64,000 bases of DNA, taken from positions 288,001 to 352,000 of the forward strand of contig CBDBFU010000020.1 of the NCBI GenBank assembly GCA_965205025.1, read 5' to 3'. Positions 30,906 to 40,642 of this stretch are shown piece by piece. The position numbers were made by a program, and so were the translations under genes. The stretch is from Candidatus Poribacteria bacterium. GTDB lineage: Bacteria; Poribacteria; WGA-4E; WGA-3G. The notes below the pieces were generated by a model, which saw only the letters and a list, made by a program, of their open reading frames with translations, searched no databases and was not told the origin of the DNA. Numbering within the stretch: the first letter of the stretch is position 1; every line of letters starts with the position of its first letter.

Positions 30906-31889
30906 TTATTCAATAAGTGAGACTTTTTCAAGTACCTCTGCAATTTGAGAAATACGTACCATGCCCCCATTAAGGTTGTTGTCATCCATCAGTTTTCTTA
31001 ATGGTTCATCAAAATAGCCATTTGCATACGGGGACATTGCGACAGTCTTTATTAATGTTCCTAAATTGACATTTATGTTGAGTCCTTCTTTAGGGATGTC
31101 TTTCAATATGTTAGTTTTTCCGGCATTGAATAATGAAAAGTCATATTCAAATAGTTTATCATTATAAAAAGGAATATCTGAAGTGTAAATTCGATCTAAG
31201 TATTTATTACATATAGAATCGAATGAAATTACAGCGCGGACTTCGTGTTCGTCGGCATATACATCTCTTTTATGTATAATAGGTGCGTAAAATAAATTAA
31301 GGACGTTTTCAGGTTTGTTTAAGTCTATTGCCGTAAAGTCCTCATAACCTTCAATATGTTCATTTTCATAATCTTTATATTTTACTGTACCTATATGTAT
31401 GTCGTATTCGGTCAATTCAAAACTATTGATGAGATCGCCGACAGTAGTTTGAATTGCTATTGATGTTGGACTTTTATCCCCATATTCTGCCCACATAGAA
31501 TGACTTTCATTATCACTTAGAAACCAGCAATTGCAAAACATTAGGTGTTTTGAAAATTTTGTTAGTAGTGTATCAAATGAATGAATAAGAGATAACATTT
31601 GTTTTTTCTCGAGTCCATCTGGATATTCTTCCATATCTTCCTTTCTTCTTCGGAAAACATCATCTTGTTCTATAGGTGTATTTTTATCATTTAATAAACT
31701 TGTTTTATAGACTTCTGTTCTGGACTTATCTGATAGTTCACCTTCATATTTGTCATTAAATACAGTAATTTTCGGAAAATAAATTAAGTGTGTTTTGAGC
31801 ATTGACATGAATTTATCTATATGCATATATCTCCATAAAATTTCTGTATTGGATGGAGTATCAAAGTAGGGACTTTCTTGGTAGGGCAT
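30906..31889 (-). CDS. DUF2971-like protein
   Basis: 'LWRYM...KF..ML', 'F.D.YEG', 'CNCW....ES.SMW..YG', 'KR..Y..E.EVR'. Confidence 0.75.
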   Translation of the reverse strand: MPYQESPYFDTPSNTEILWRYMHIDKFMSMLKTHLIYFPKITVFNDKYEGELSDKSRTEVYKTSLLNDKNTPIEQDDVFRRRKEDMEEYPDGLEKKQMLSLIHSFDTLLTKFSKHLMFCNCWFLSDNESHSMWAEYGDKSPTSIAIQTTVGDLINSFELTEYDIHIGTVKYKDYENEHIEGYEDFTAIDLNKPENVLNLFYAPIIHKRDVYADEHEVRAVISFDSICNKYLDRIYTSDIPFYNDKLFEYDFSLFNAGKTNILKDIPKEGLNINVNLGTLIKTVAMSPYANGYFDEPLRKLMDDNNLNGGMVRISQIAEVLEKVSLIE

Positions 31890-32014
31890 TTCGTGTTCTT
31901 TTTGATCCTCTAAATAAATTTTGAAAATATGGGCAGTAATGAGAAACCAATATTCATAATTTATTTCCTTTTACATTTACGGGATGTTATCCTAATTCTC
32001 CTAAAGTGTCTTCA

Positions 32015-32359
32015 TTATCGTATTAATTGGTCGTTGAGAGGTGGTTTAAAGTGTTCAACTAATAGTCTTTCAATATTAGAGCGTGACTCAACGGGGTAAG
32101 GCACATAGACAGAAATATAGTTCATTCCATGACTGAGTGCTTCATTCCATTTATGATGACCTGGACCCAATCTATCTCTAAGACCGTCAGTTTCACCAAT
32201 GTATAGAAATCGGTGATTGTTTCCACCTTGTGCATTCGGGATGCCTTTTGAAAATATATAGACCCCTGGCGCATTGTATTCTGGTCCCTCTAAATCGTAA
32301 ACAACAAATTGGTATTTCTTGTTACCGTCGGTGACATTCATCGGTCCTATCCGTGCCAT
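32015..32359 (-). CDS. Small GIY-YIG-like nuclease
   Basis: 'PGVYIF...LYIGET..LR.RL..H', 'IE..L...F.PPLN'; GGAGG RBS. Confidence 0.75.
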   Translation of the reverse strand: MARIGPMNVTDGNKKYQFVVYDLEGPEYNAPGVYIFSKGIPNAQGGNNHRFLYIGETDGLRDRLGPGHHKWNEALSHGMNYISVYVPYPVESRSNIERLLVEHFKPPLNDQLIR

Positions 32360-32474
32360 TTTTAGCCTCCTTTTGCATTAGAGATTGTAATTATTTCATG
32401 ACTTACGTAGTTTGTGCAGAGAAATGGACATTTATTCCAAAAATCTGATATTTCAGAATTTTTAGCCTTTTCAA

Positions 32475-32501
32475 CCTCCTAAATCCCCTTATCAAGGGAA
32501 C
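32475..32501 (+). repeat. Degenerate small dispersed palindromic repeat (CCCCCTAAATCCCCCTT...AGGGGGACT type)
   Basis: cctcctaaatccccttatcaagggaac; better copy at 33654..33683. Confidence 0.6.
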
Positions 32502-32509
32502 ATAAATTT

Positions 32510-32587
32510 TATAGATATAGCACTCCGCTGGAGTGCGAGAACGTACCGATGATGTTTTCTATAGACATAACACTCCGCTGGAGTGCG
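32510..32587 (+). repeat. Two REP-like palindromes in direct orientation, 50-bp period
   Basis: tatagaYataRcactccgctggagtgcg at 32510 and 32560. Confidence 0.8.
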
Positions 32588-32844
32588 GTATTTTTGTTAT
32601 GTTCAACATTATCAATGGGTACAAACTCACCTTTTTATGATGGAAGGTTGGTCAACTTACCCACTTAAATTATACAATAACTTGCAATATGTATTCAAAG
32701 AAAAACACCTATCGAATACAGTATAACACCTCATTCAACAAACCTTCACTATTCCGTTCCAGTATTTTGATGCATTTCTGGTATGTAGAGTTTTTGGCAT
32801 GTATTCCCTATCTTGTGTTTGGAGTACGTGGAATACACAAAGCT

Positions 32845-33303
32845 CACATATTAGATAGGTAGATTTCAACTTCATTACATTATTAGGCTTTGTTTATTTT
32901 GGTCTTGAGAATTCTCTTCAATAACTGAAATTTCTGATTGTTAAAAAGGTATAATAACAGACATTTAATCCTAAATACTCAGACAGTAGATCGAGTTGTT
33001 GCATTACTTGATGCCTCGAAAAACTGAAAAAAGTTACACTTTTTGCCACACAGTGTGACATTGAAATTGGCACAAATTACCCCTGTAACGCTTGTCATAG
33101 ACAGGGTTTATAGCAAGTATAATCTGATTTTATAAAAATTCCAAAAAGCGTGATTTTGTGCTTGTGTTTTCCATTCTCTTTAAACCGACTATTTATTGCA
33201 AAAAGAGGTGTATTTTTTGGATAATTTGATATTTCGTTATGGGTGATAAATTTTTGAATAGTCATTAATTTTATAGTTTTTATAGTTTTTTGTAGTTGTT
33301 GGT
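32845..33303 (+). repeat. Non-coding module A, copy 2 (one 17-bp repeat unit only)
   Basis: Aligns with 29201..29685. Confidence 0.85.
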
Positions 33304-33322
33304 TTAAGTCGCATTTTAGTCA

Positions 33323-33450
33323 GAAAATATGAAAAAAGTTACACTTTTCGTTACATGGTGTAACTTTGAAATTGGTGTAAATTACCCTTGTAACGCCTGT
33401 CATAGACTGACTTTATAGCGTTTTAAATTAAAATATTAAAAAATTCTAAA
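33323..33450 (+). repeat. Partial third copy of the core of module A
   Basis: gaaaaaagttacactttt..gtgtaac.ttgaaattgg...aaattacc..gtaacgcctgtcatagactg. Confidence 0.8.
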
Positions 33451-33653
33451 TTTGTCCTTTTCTTTTCGTTGTCCTTGTTCAGTATGATATTTCATATAGG
33501 CGAATTTAGATGTATTCTTAGGAATCTTTGTTGTTTGGTTATGTGTGTAAATTTTATGAGATGTCTGCGGTAACAGAGAAGGATTAGACGACTTAGTAAA
33601 AAAATACATAATACCATTTCTAAATGATGATTACTCATTACAAATTGAAGAAA

Positions 33654-33683
33654 CCCCCTAAATCCCCCTTATCAGGGGGACTT
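33654..33683 (+). repeat. Small dispersed palindromic repeat
   Basis: ccccctaaatcccccttatcagggggactt. Confidence 0.7.
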
Positions 33684-33965
33684 TAACCTGCTCTAAAATC
33701 AGTCCCAGAAAGGGTTTATAGATATACGTGAAAAATCGCCATTTTTTTAAATTTTTTTTGATTTTTCATACTTCGTTTTGTTTGAAGTGTTCTAAACCCT
33801 GTTCTGGTATAGGTTTGTAGGGATATAAGATTTCGATTTCCTTTTCACAACTGTTGTGAAAGTTTCACAACAACTTTTCATGATATGTTTTTATTGTAAT
33901 GGACATAGTAACATAATATATTATATTCGTCAAGTTAAAATATACTTTTTGTAATATCTCTATAT

Positions 33966-33982
33966 TAACGTGAGTTTGATAA
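33966..33982 (+). repeat. Solo terminal repeat of the 146-bp element
   Basis: Exact TAACGTGAGTTTGATAA. Confidence 0.7.
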
Positions 33983-34009
33983 TCAAAATAAAGTATATAA
34001 TATGGTACA

Positions 34010-34152
34010 ATTTTATTTCATTTTGACAAATATTATTACTATGTTTTTTCTGTTTTTGTGATATACGTATGTTAGTTGTTAGAGATGTGTGTTTTCTTCA
34101 TATTTTTTTCGATTTTATATAAGAATGTTTGATCCGTTAGATTTAATGCTTG
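34010..34152 (+). repeat. Non-coding module B, copy 2
   Basis: Aligns with ~29855..29991. Confidence 0.85.
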
Positions 34153-34173
34153 CTATCCTATAGTCATTTGATA

Positions 34174-36111
34174 CTATTTCAATATCAACATCTTCCGAGT
34201 TGCTGTGAACTCACCAACTGTGAGTGTGTAGAAATATAAGCCGCTTGCAACTGGTTCACCAAGATTGTTTTTTCCGTTCCAATGTGCTGCACGGTTTCGG
34301 GTCTGGTAAATTCCAGCATTTTGATACCCAAGAGTCAAAGTACGTACAACTGAACCCTTTGATGTATAGATTTTTATGGATACCTCGGATGGTTTGGCAA
34401 GATGATAGGGTATCCATGTCTCTGGGTTGAATGGGTTTGGATAGTTGGGTAGTAGTTTAGTTTTTTCTGGAATTAGAGATTCTAAGAGTCGTTGGAGGAA
34501 ATCTATACCTTGTTGAAAACTCTGGTCTACAAAGCTAATCCGTTGTGCTTGTGTTATCCATAGTTTGATAGTGGAATGTGTTGGTAAACCATTTAGCTTC
34601 GCAGGTAATATAGTTGGTGCAGAAGCTTGTTCACTCAGTCCACTTGCTATAGTAATGAGATCTTTGATGTCTACAACCCCATCTTTGTTAATATCTGCAA
34701 TAGGTTCGTCTTCCTTACCAAATCGTGCGGCGACATAAGATAAATCTAAGATATCAACTGAACCGTCACCATTTACATCCCAAGGTGGTTCTACAACCTT
34801 GGCAGATATTGCAATATAAGGTAACTTATTACCATCACTGTTTGAAAGCAATGCTGATAGACTTAGGGTTGATGCTTTACGTTCTAAAACCTTAAACTTA
34901 ATTGACGCAAGTGTACCATCACCACTACCTGAATCTTTTGTTGAAATACTGATAAAGGAGACCTGTCCTGGTTGATTCGTAGTTGGACCTTCAAATATAT
35001 CTTCTGATAGATATTCCCCGAGTGTGTGAGAAACATAAATTAGTGATTCACTATCATAATCTATTGTTAACTGAAACCCTCTTACATCTAATCCACCCAT
35101 AATGTTGATATTTATTTCAAAATCACTGTCAACAGGTGGTACTTCAATAGTTACAGGTGAAATAGTAACAGAGGTAGATAAGTCCCATAAACGAATTATA
35201 CGATCATACCCTCCACTTGCTAAGATCTCTCCATCTGGACTGAATTCCAGAACATATATCTCTGAAGTATGACCATCAAGTAATGCAACTGAGATCTCAG
35301 TTGCAATATCCCATAATGAGATTCTTCTATTTGAATAAACACCAGCAAGCATTGTTCCGCTAGAGTTGATTGTTGTGTTTCTTAAATTATTTCCAGAGAG
35401 TATTTCTTTTAGTTGTCCCGTAATACTATCCCAGAGTATTATTACTCCATGCTTATCTGTGCTGGTGATTGTTTTTCCATCTTCTATGAAGGAAACATCA
35501 TACACCTCAGTGTTATGCCCTGTAAGGGAACGTAGATGAAAACCGTTAGAGGCATCCCACATCCTAACTGTCCTATCCGAACTTCCACTTACAAGTAGTT
35601 TACCATCTGAACTATAGGCTATACTATTGACTCTATTTGTATGTCCTTCAAGAGTAACTCTATATAATCCAGTGGGGGCATTCCATAGACGTATTGTATA
35701 ATCGGAACTTCCACTTGCCAGAGTTTTGCCGTCTGGACTAAAGGCAAGACTCAAAACAGAATTCCGATGACCTTCAAGTGTAACTCTGTATTGACCTGCA
35801 GTTACATCCCATAGGCGTATTTTTCCATTTTCGCTTCCACTTGCCAGTGTTCTACCATCTGGACTAAAGGCAATAGAATAAATATAGGAATTATGTCCAG
35901 TAAGTTTATGCAATTCTGTACCTGAATTAACATCCCAAAGACGGATTGTTCTGTCTCTACTGGCACTTGCGAGTGTTTTACCATCTGGACTGAAGACTAA
36001 TTTCCTTATAGATTCTGTATGTCCTTCAAGAGCGGTATATTGAAAGTCTTGAGCTAAGAGTATTGATGGTAGAAAAATAAATATCACAACAATGAATAGT
36101 TTTCTTTTCAT
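34174..36111 (-). CDS. Secreted WD40-repeat protein with cohesin, dockerin and CTD
   Basis: Start reset to MKRKLFIVV (signal peptide); 'GH...V.S.AFSPDG.TLASGS.D.TIRLWD' repeats; cohesin-like domain; DVNGDG/DINKDG dockerin; NYPNPFNPETWIPY...ATRKMLILK. Confidence 0.88.
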   Translation of the reverse strand: MKRKLFIVVIFIFLPSILLAQDFQYTALEGHTESIRKLVFSPDGKTLASASRDRTIRLWDVNSGTELHKLTGHNSYIYSIAFSPDGRTLASGSENGKIRLWDVTAGQYRVTLEGHRNSVLSLAFSPDGKTLASGSSDYTIRLWNAPTGLYRVTLEGHTNRVNSIAYSSDGKLLVSGSSDRTVRMWDASNGFHLRSLTGHNTEVYDVSFIEDGKTITSTDKHGVIILWDSITGQLKEILSGNNLRNTTINSSGTMLAGVYSNRRISLWDIATEISVALLDGHTSEIYVLEFSPDGEILASGGYDRIIRLWDLSTSVTISPVTIEVPPVDSDFEININIMGGLDVRGFQLTIDYDSESLIYVSHTLGEYLSEDIFEGPTTNQPGQVSFISISTKDSGSGDGTLASIKFKVLERKASTLSLSALLSNSDGNKLPYIAISAKVVEPPWDVNGDGSVDILDLSYVAARFGKEDEPIADINKDGVVDIKDLITIASGLSEQASAPTILPAKLNGLPTHSTIKLWITQAQRISFVDQSFQQGIDFLQRLLESLIPEKTKLLPNYPNPFNPETWIPYHLAKPSEVSIKIYTSKGSVVRTLTLGYQNAGIYQTRNRAAHWNGKNNLGEPVASGLYFYTLTVGEFTATRKMLILK

Positions 36112-36271
36112 GGAATGTAGTTCCTTTGAAGACAAGCCAAATAAGATTTTGGTAAAATGGATATAATTACAACTTCGGATTATATCAAAACTGCTATGAA
36201 TAATCAAGAATGAGGAACACTTGGGGTGTGTAAAGTTTTTGGCACTATAGGTGTAAATTGCAACAACAAAT

Positions 36272-36300
36272 TTGCAATAACAGAAAAAATATGGTATAAT
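36272..36300 (+). promoter_or_regulatory. Sigma70 promoter of the tRNA cluster
   Basis: TTGCAA-17 bp-TATAAT with extended -10 TG. Confidence 0.8.
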
Positions 36301-36335
36301 ATACTGACTTATTTCATAGAGAAATGAGTTATTAT

Positions 36336-36410
36336 CGGGGTGTAGCGCAGCCCGGCTAGCGCGTCTGCTTTGGGAGCAGAAGGTCGGAGGTTCGAATCCT
36401 CTCACCCCGA
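36336..36410 (+). tRNA. tRNA-Pro (TGG)
   Basis: CGGGGTG/CACCCCG acceptor; tctgc-ttTGGga-gcaga; GGTTCGAATCC. Confidence 0.97.
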
Positions 36411-36418
36411 TTTCTTAT

Positions 36419-36492
<74 letters not shown>

Positions 36493-36502
36493 CCTATATA
36501 GT

Positions 36503-36575
36503 GGTGGATGTAGCTCAGGGGTAGAGCGCCTGACTGTGGATCAGGAGGTCGTGGGTTCAAATCCCATCATCCACC
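36503..36575 (+). tRNA. tRNA-His (GTG)
   Basis: G-1:C73; GTGGATG/CATCCAC; cctga-ctGTGga-tcagg. Confidence 0.97.
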
Positions 36576-36586
36576 TATTTTAACAT

Positions 36587-36659
36587 GCGTCCGTAGTTCA
36601 ATGGATAGAGCAATAGCCTTCGGAGCTATAAGTTGGGGGTTCGAATCCCTCCGGACGCG
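36587..36659 (+). tRNA. tRNA-Arg (TCG)
   Basis: GCGTCCG/CGGACGC; atagc-ctTCGga-gctat. Confidence 0.96.
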
Positions 36660-36660
36660 T

Positions 36661-36733
36661 GCGCCGTTAGCTCAATTGGCAGAGCATCTGACTCTTAATC
36701 AGAGGGTTGAAGGTTCGATTCCTTCACGGCGCA
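36661..36733 (+). tRNA. tRNA-Lys (CTT)
   Basis: GCGCCGT/ACGGCGC; tctga-ctCTTaa-tcaga. Confidence 0.97.
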
Positions 36734-36832
36734 TCTGTTGAATGTTTTCAAAAACAGATGACGCAATTCTCATTCTGGTGAGTCAGATGAATGAACGTGT
36801 AATATTATTTTTGTTAGAGCGTTCAATTAATA

Positions 36833-36918
36833 GGGCGGGTGCTGGAATTTGGTAGACAGGATAGACTTAGGATCTATTGGGGTTACGCCTCGTGAGGGTT
36901 CAAGTCCCTCCTCGCCCA
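36833..36918 (+). tRNA. tRNA-Leu (TAG)
   Basis: GGGCGGG/CTCGCCC; ataga-ctTAGga-tctat; long variable arm. Confidence 0.96.
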
Positions 36919-37069
36919 CTTACATATTATTTTCAATAGTATAGGTTATTATTTAATCAAGAAACAGTAATTAATAGCTTCTATACTTAACTTTGATGTA
37001 AATTGATAAACCATGAGGTATTTTACATACGAGTTTTGTCTTTTGTAAGTTGACGAAGGAGTATCAAAC

Positions 37070-38374
37070 TTGAGAGTTGAAGTCGAAGCACTTGAAGAGA
37101 CACAAGTCAAATTAGAGATTGAAGTACCATCAGAAAAAGTAGACACAGCACTCCAAGATGCCTACCAAACCTTACGCGGATACGTCTCCATGCCTGGTTT
37201 CAGGAAGGGTCGTGTTCCTTTATCTTTAATAAAATCCCGATTTCAAGAGCATATTAATTCAGAAGTTATCCGAGAGGTAGTTTTCCCTGCCTATGAAGAT
37301 GCCCTCAACACTAAACAACTTGTTCCACTTGCTCAACCAACATTTGACCCACCTTTAGATCAGATTACTGTTACAGAAAACCAACCTATAGTCTTCACAG
37401 CTATCGTGAATGTTAAGCCAAGAATTTCTGTTCCTGATTATGAAGAAATAGAAACCGATAAATCCCCTGTTGATGTACCTCGGGAAAATGTTGAGGATTA
37501 TATAGGAAAATTACAACTACAATCTGCTACATTTGAACCAATTGAAGAGGACCGGGTTGTTGAGGAGTCAGATTGTGTGCGAATTGATTGGTCTTGTATT
37601 TTAGATGGTGAAGAGATAGAGGATGAATCTGGAATTGATGTAGATTTAGACTTAACCGCAGAAGAATTACACTCAGATCTAAAGTTAGGTCTGATTGGAA
37701 TGAAAGTAGGTGAAACAAAATCAATCACAGTTAATTTTGATGAGAATCATCCTGTTCCAACTCTTTCAGGTAAACAAGTTGTTTATGTTGTGAATCTACA
37801 TGCAATTACTTCGAAGCACTTACCAGACCTTGATGATGAGTTTGCCAAAGACCTTGGGTATGAATCTTATACGCAATTACATGGAGTAATTTGGAATAAT
37901 CTTGTTGAAGAAGAACGGATGGTGCAACAGAATAAGCAGAAACAGGAAATACTTGAGCAGTTGATAGAAAAAACTGACATTGATATACCTGAAGATTTAG
38001 TTGAAGAGTATGTTGACCAGGCTATTCAGAATGTACATAAGCAACTCAACTCAGAACGTCAAACTGCAGAAGAAGCGGGAATTGATTTGGACAATTTACC
38101 TTCAGAAGTTCGTCGTAATGTGATACAGCAAACTAAACAGAATTGGATTTTTGAAGAAATCGCTGTAAACGAGAATATATTTGTAAGTGATGATGAGTTG
38201 GAGTGGGAAATCCGTCGTGCAGCAGAGCAGATGAATCGAGATGCCCAAAAATATGCTGACTTATTAAAATCGAGTAATCGATTCGAGGATTTTAGAACTC
38301 AATTACAACACGAGAAGATTTATCAGTTTTTAATAGAAATGTCCTCTGAGAAGAAGTCATTAATTATTACTTGA
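37070..38374 (+). CDS. tig: Trigger factor
   Basis: MPGFRKGRVP ribosome-binding motif, FKBP-like middle domain, synteny with clpPX; TTG start with AAGGAG RBS. Confidence 0.95.
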   Translation: MRVEVEALEETQVKLEIEVPSEKVDTALQDAYQTLRGYVSMPGFRKGRVPLSLIKSRFQEHINSEVIREVVFPAYEDALNTKQLVPLAQPTFDPPLDQITVTENQPIVFTAIVNVKPRISVPDYEEIETDKSPVDVPRENVEDYIGKLQLQSATFEPIEEDRVVEESDCVRIDWSCILDGEEIEDESGIDVDLDLTAEELHSDLKLGLIGMKVGETKSITVNFDENHPVPTLSGKQVVYVVNLHAITSKHLPDLDDEFAKDLGYESYTQLHGVIWNNLVEEERMVQQNKQKQEILEQLIEKTDIDIPEDLVEEYVDQAIQNVHKQLNSERQTAEEAGIDLDNLPSEVRRNVIQQTKQNWIFEEIAVNENIFVSDDELEWEIRRAAEQMNRDAQKYADLLKSSNRFEDFRTQLQHEKIYQFLIEMSSEKKSLIIT

Positions 38375-38390
38375 TAGATTCATATTTATA

Positions 38391-38566
38391 AGACGATTCA
38401 CGATTGAGAACATTGATAACCGACTATCTAAGATTACTAATTTATTTGATGATATTAGATAGTCATTAAGTAAAGGGATTTACCCCTACTTACCAAGAAT
38501 TTGTTCTTTCTTGATTACGTAAGTAATCAGAGAAGATCCATCTCAATTTCTTACATGAGTCGTTCT
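38391..38566 (+). ncRNA. Candidate structured RNA in the tig-clpP intergenic region
   Basis: Outer stem plus four internal hairpins found by eye; not a family I recognise. Confidence 0.35.
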
Positions 38567-38637
38567 GATAATTTAGTTTAGTTTTATATTAATATTCTAC
38601 CTTTTCAGGTTATATTTATTGTCAAACGGACATCAAA

Positions 38638-39228
38638 ATGAATCTTGTGCCAATTGTTGTTGAACAGACGAATAGAGGGGAACGATCCTATGATATTTTT
38701 TCTCGGTTACTTGAAGATCGGATAATAATGATTGGATCTGTGATAGAAGATGATACGATAGCTAACCTGGTTACAGCACAGATGCTCTTTCTTGAAGGTA
38801 AAGACCCTGATGCGGATATTATCCTATATTTGAATACACCAGGGGGGTCAGTATCTGCAGGACTGGCTATATATGATACGATGCAGTATATAAAAGCGGA
38901 TGTTCAAACTTGGTGTTTAGGTCGGGCGTACAGTATGGGTGCAGTCCTTTTAGCTGCCGGAACTCCTGGCAAGAGATATGCTTTACCTCATGCTAAGGCA
39001 TTAATTCATCAACCGATGGCAGGTGGAATTGGTGGGCAGGCAACGGATATAAGTATCCATGCGAATGAGATTTTAAGAGAACGCGAAAGGCTCTATGATA
39101 TTTTGGCACAGCACACGGGACAGGAAATCAAGAAGATAGAAAAAGATGCAGATCGAGATTTCTATATGACAGCTGAAGAAGCTCTTGAATACGGCATTGT
39201 TGATAATGTTGTCACCCACCGTCAATAA
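38638..39228 (+). CDS. clpP: ATP-dependent Clp protease proteolytic subunit
   Basis: '[21 protein letters not shown]', 'NTPGGSV', 'AYSMG', 'IHQP', 'DRD'. Confidence 0.97.
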   Translation: MNLVPIVVEQTNRGERSYDIFSRLLEDRIIMIGSVIEDDTIANLVTAQMLFLEGKDPDADIILYLNTPGGSVSAGLAIYDTMQYIKADVQTWCLGRAYSMGAVLLAAGTPGKRYALPHAKALIHQPMAGGIGGQATDISIHANEILRERERLYDILAQHTGQEIKKIEKDADRDFYMTAEEALEYGIVDNVVTHRQ

Positions 39229-39341
39229 GATAACTCATGTTTTCTTTTCTTAGAAATAGAAATGTGTAGATTAGTTTTACCTTGATATTGAACTAAGTTT
39301 AGTTATAACAACTTTATAGGTAATGTAGTTAGGAGGGAAAA

Positions 39342-40631
39342 ATGTCAGAATCAGCAGATGGAAAAGTATTTTGTTCATTTTGCAATAGAGAACGAGCACA
39401 AGTTAATCGTCTTCTTCAAGGTACAGATGCGAACATTTGTGATGTATGTATAGACTATTGCAATCGAATCTTAGAACAAGGTAATGCTGCTCCTGAAATA
39501 CCAGATCAGTCATCAGAAGCTGAAGATCCAACTATGGAAGATGAAGAACCTCCAATATTACTCCTTGAACCAGCTGAAATAAAGGCAAAACTTGACGAAT
39601 ATGTGATAGGACAAGAACAAGCTAAGAAAATCCTTTCTGTTGCAGTCTATACACATTACAAACGTTTGCACCATGATAAAACTAATGATGTTGAATTAGA
39701 TAAAAGCAATATATTACTAATTGGTCCAACAGGTACAGGTAAAACACTGCTGGCAGAAACTCTTGCTAAGGTATTAAATGTTCCATTTGCTATTACAGAT
39801 GCGACGACACTTACAGAAGCTGGTTATGTTGGTGAAGATGTAGAGAACATTATTCTGAAATTAGTTCAGGCAGCAGATGGAAATATCAAGCGTGCTCAAA
39901 CTGGGATAATCTATATTGACGAAATCGATAAAATTACACGTAAATCTGAAAATCCATCAATCACACGCGATGTATCAGGTGAAGGTGTACAACAAGCCCT
40001 TTTGAAGATTTTAGAAGGAACAGTTGCAAGTATTCCCCCACGTGGTGGCCGGAAACATCCTCATCAAGAGATGTGGGAAGTAGATACTAAGGATGTTCTC
40101 TTCATTTGTGGTGGTACTTTTATTGGATTAGAGAATTTAATCAAAGGTCGTTTAGGCAGACAAAGTATAGGTTTTGGATCTGAAATTCAATCTAAACAGG
40201 AACAGAAGATACATGAAATACTTAAACATGTAACAGCTAAAGACCTGATCAAATACGGTTTCATCCCAGAACTAATAGGTAGATTACCAGTTGTTGCGAA
40301 TCTGCATGAATTAGATGAATCTGCATTAATTAGAATTCTGACAGAACCGAAAAACGCGCTTGTCAAACAATATAGGCAACTTTTAGCGTATGAAGGTGTG
40401 GAATTCAACGTAACTGATGATGCACTCACTGCGATTGCCCATCAAGTAATTGAGCGTGAAACGGGTGCTCGTGGATTGCGATCAGTGATGGAGAATATTA
40501 TGTTGGAGACAATGTATAAAATACCATCCTTAACTGAAATTAACACGTGCCAAATCACTGAAGATAGTGTTTTAGGGAATAGTCCACCAGAATTAATTAA
40601 CGAAACACCCGAAGCCCTCAAAACCGCGTAA
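39342..40631 (+). CDS. clpX: ATP-dependent Clp protease ATP-binding subunit ClpX
   Basis: Zn finger [41 protein letters not shown] loop. Confidence 0.97.
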   Translation: MSESADGKVFCSFCNRERAQVNRLLQGTDANICDVCIDYCNRILEQGNAAPEIPDQSSEAEDPTMEDEEPPILLLEPAEIKAKLDEYVIGQEQAKKILSVAVYTHYKRLHHDKTNDVELDKSNILLIGPTGTGKTLLAETLAKVLNVPFAITDATTLTEAGYVGEDVENIILKLVQAADGNIKRAQTGIIYIDEIDKITRKSENPSITRDVSGEGVQQALLKILEGTVASIPPRGGRKHPHQEMWEVDTKDVLFICGGTFIGLENLIKGRLGRQSIGFGSEIQSKQEQKIHEILKHVTAKDLIKYGFIPELIGRLPVVANLHELDESALIRILTEPKNALVKQYRQLLAYEGVEFNVTDDALTAIAHQVIERETGARGLRSVMENIMLETMYKIPSLTEINTCQITEDSVLGNSPPELINETPEALKTA

Positions 40632-40642
40632 AGGAGCAAACA

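Noticed and set aside
32510-32587. Possible mini CRISPR array
   Set aside because: Only two units with a 22-bp spacer, no cas genes; fits a REP-like doublet better
29201-34152. Classical integron or CRISPR locus
   Set aside because: No IntI, no recognisable attC sites after the cargo genes, and no repeat-spacer array
36112-36405. 98-aa N-terminal extension of the 743-aa ORF
   Set aside because: Runs antisense through tRNA-Pro and its promoter; the signal peptide starts at MKRK (36111)
36734-36832. Possible degenerate tRNA or ncRNA between tRNA-Lys and tRNA-Leu
   Set aside because: Only a short hairpin (catctgtt/aacagatg); no T-loop or cloverleaf
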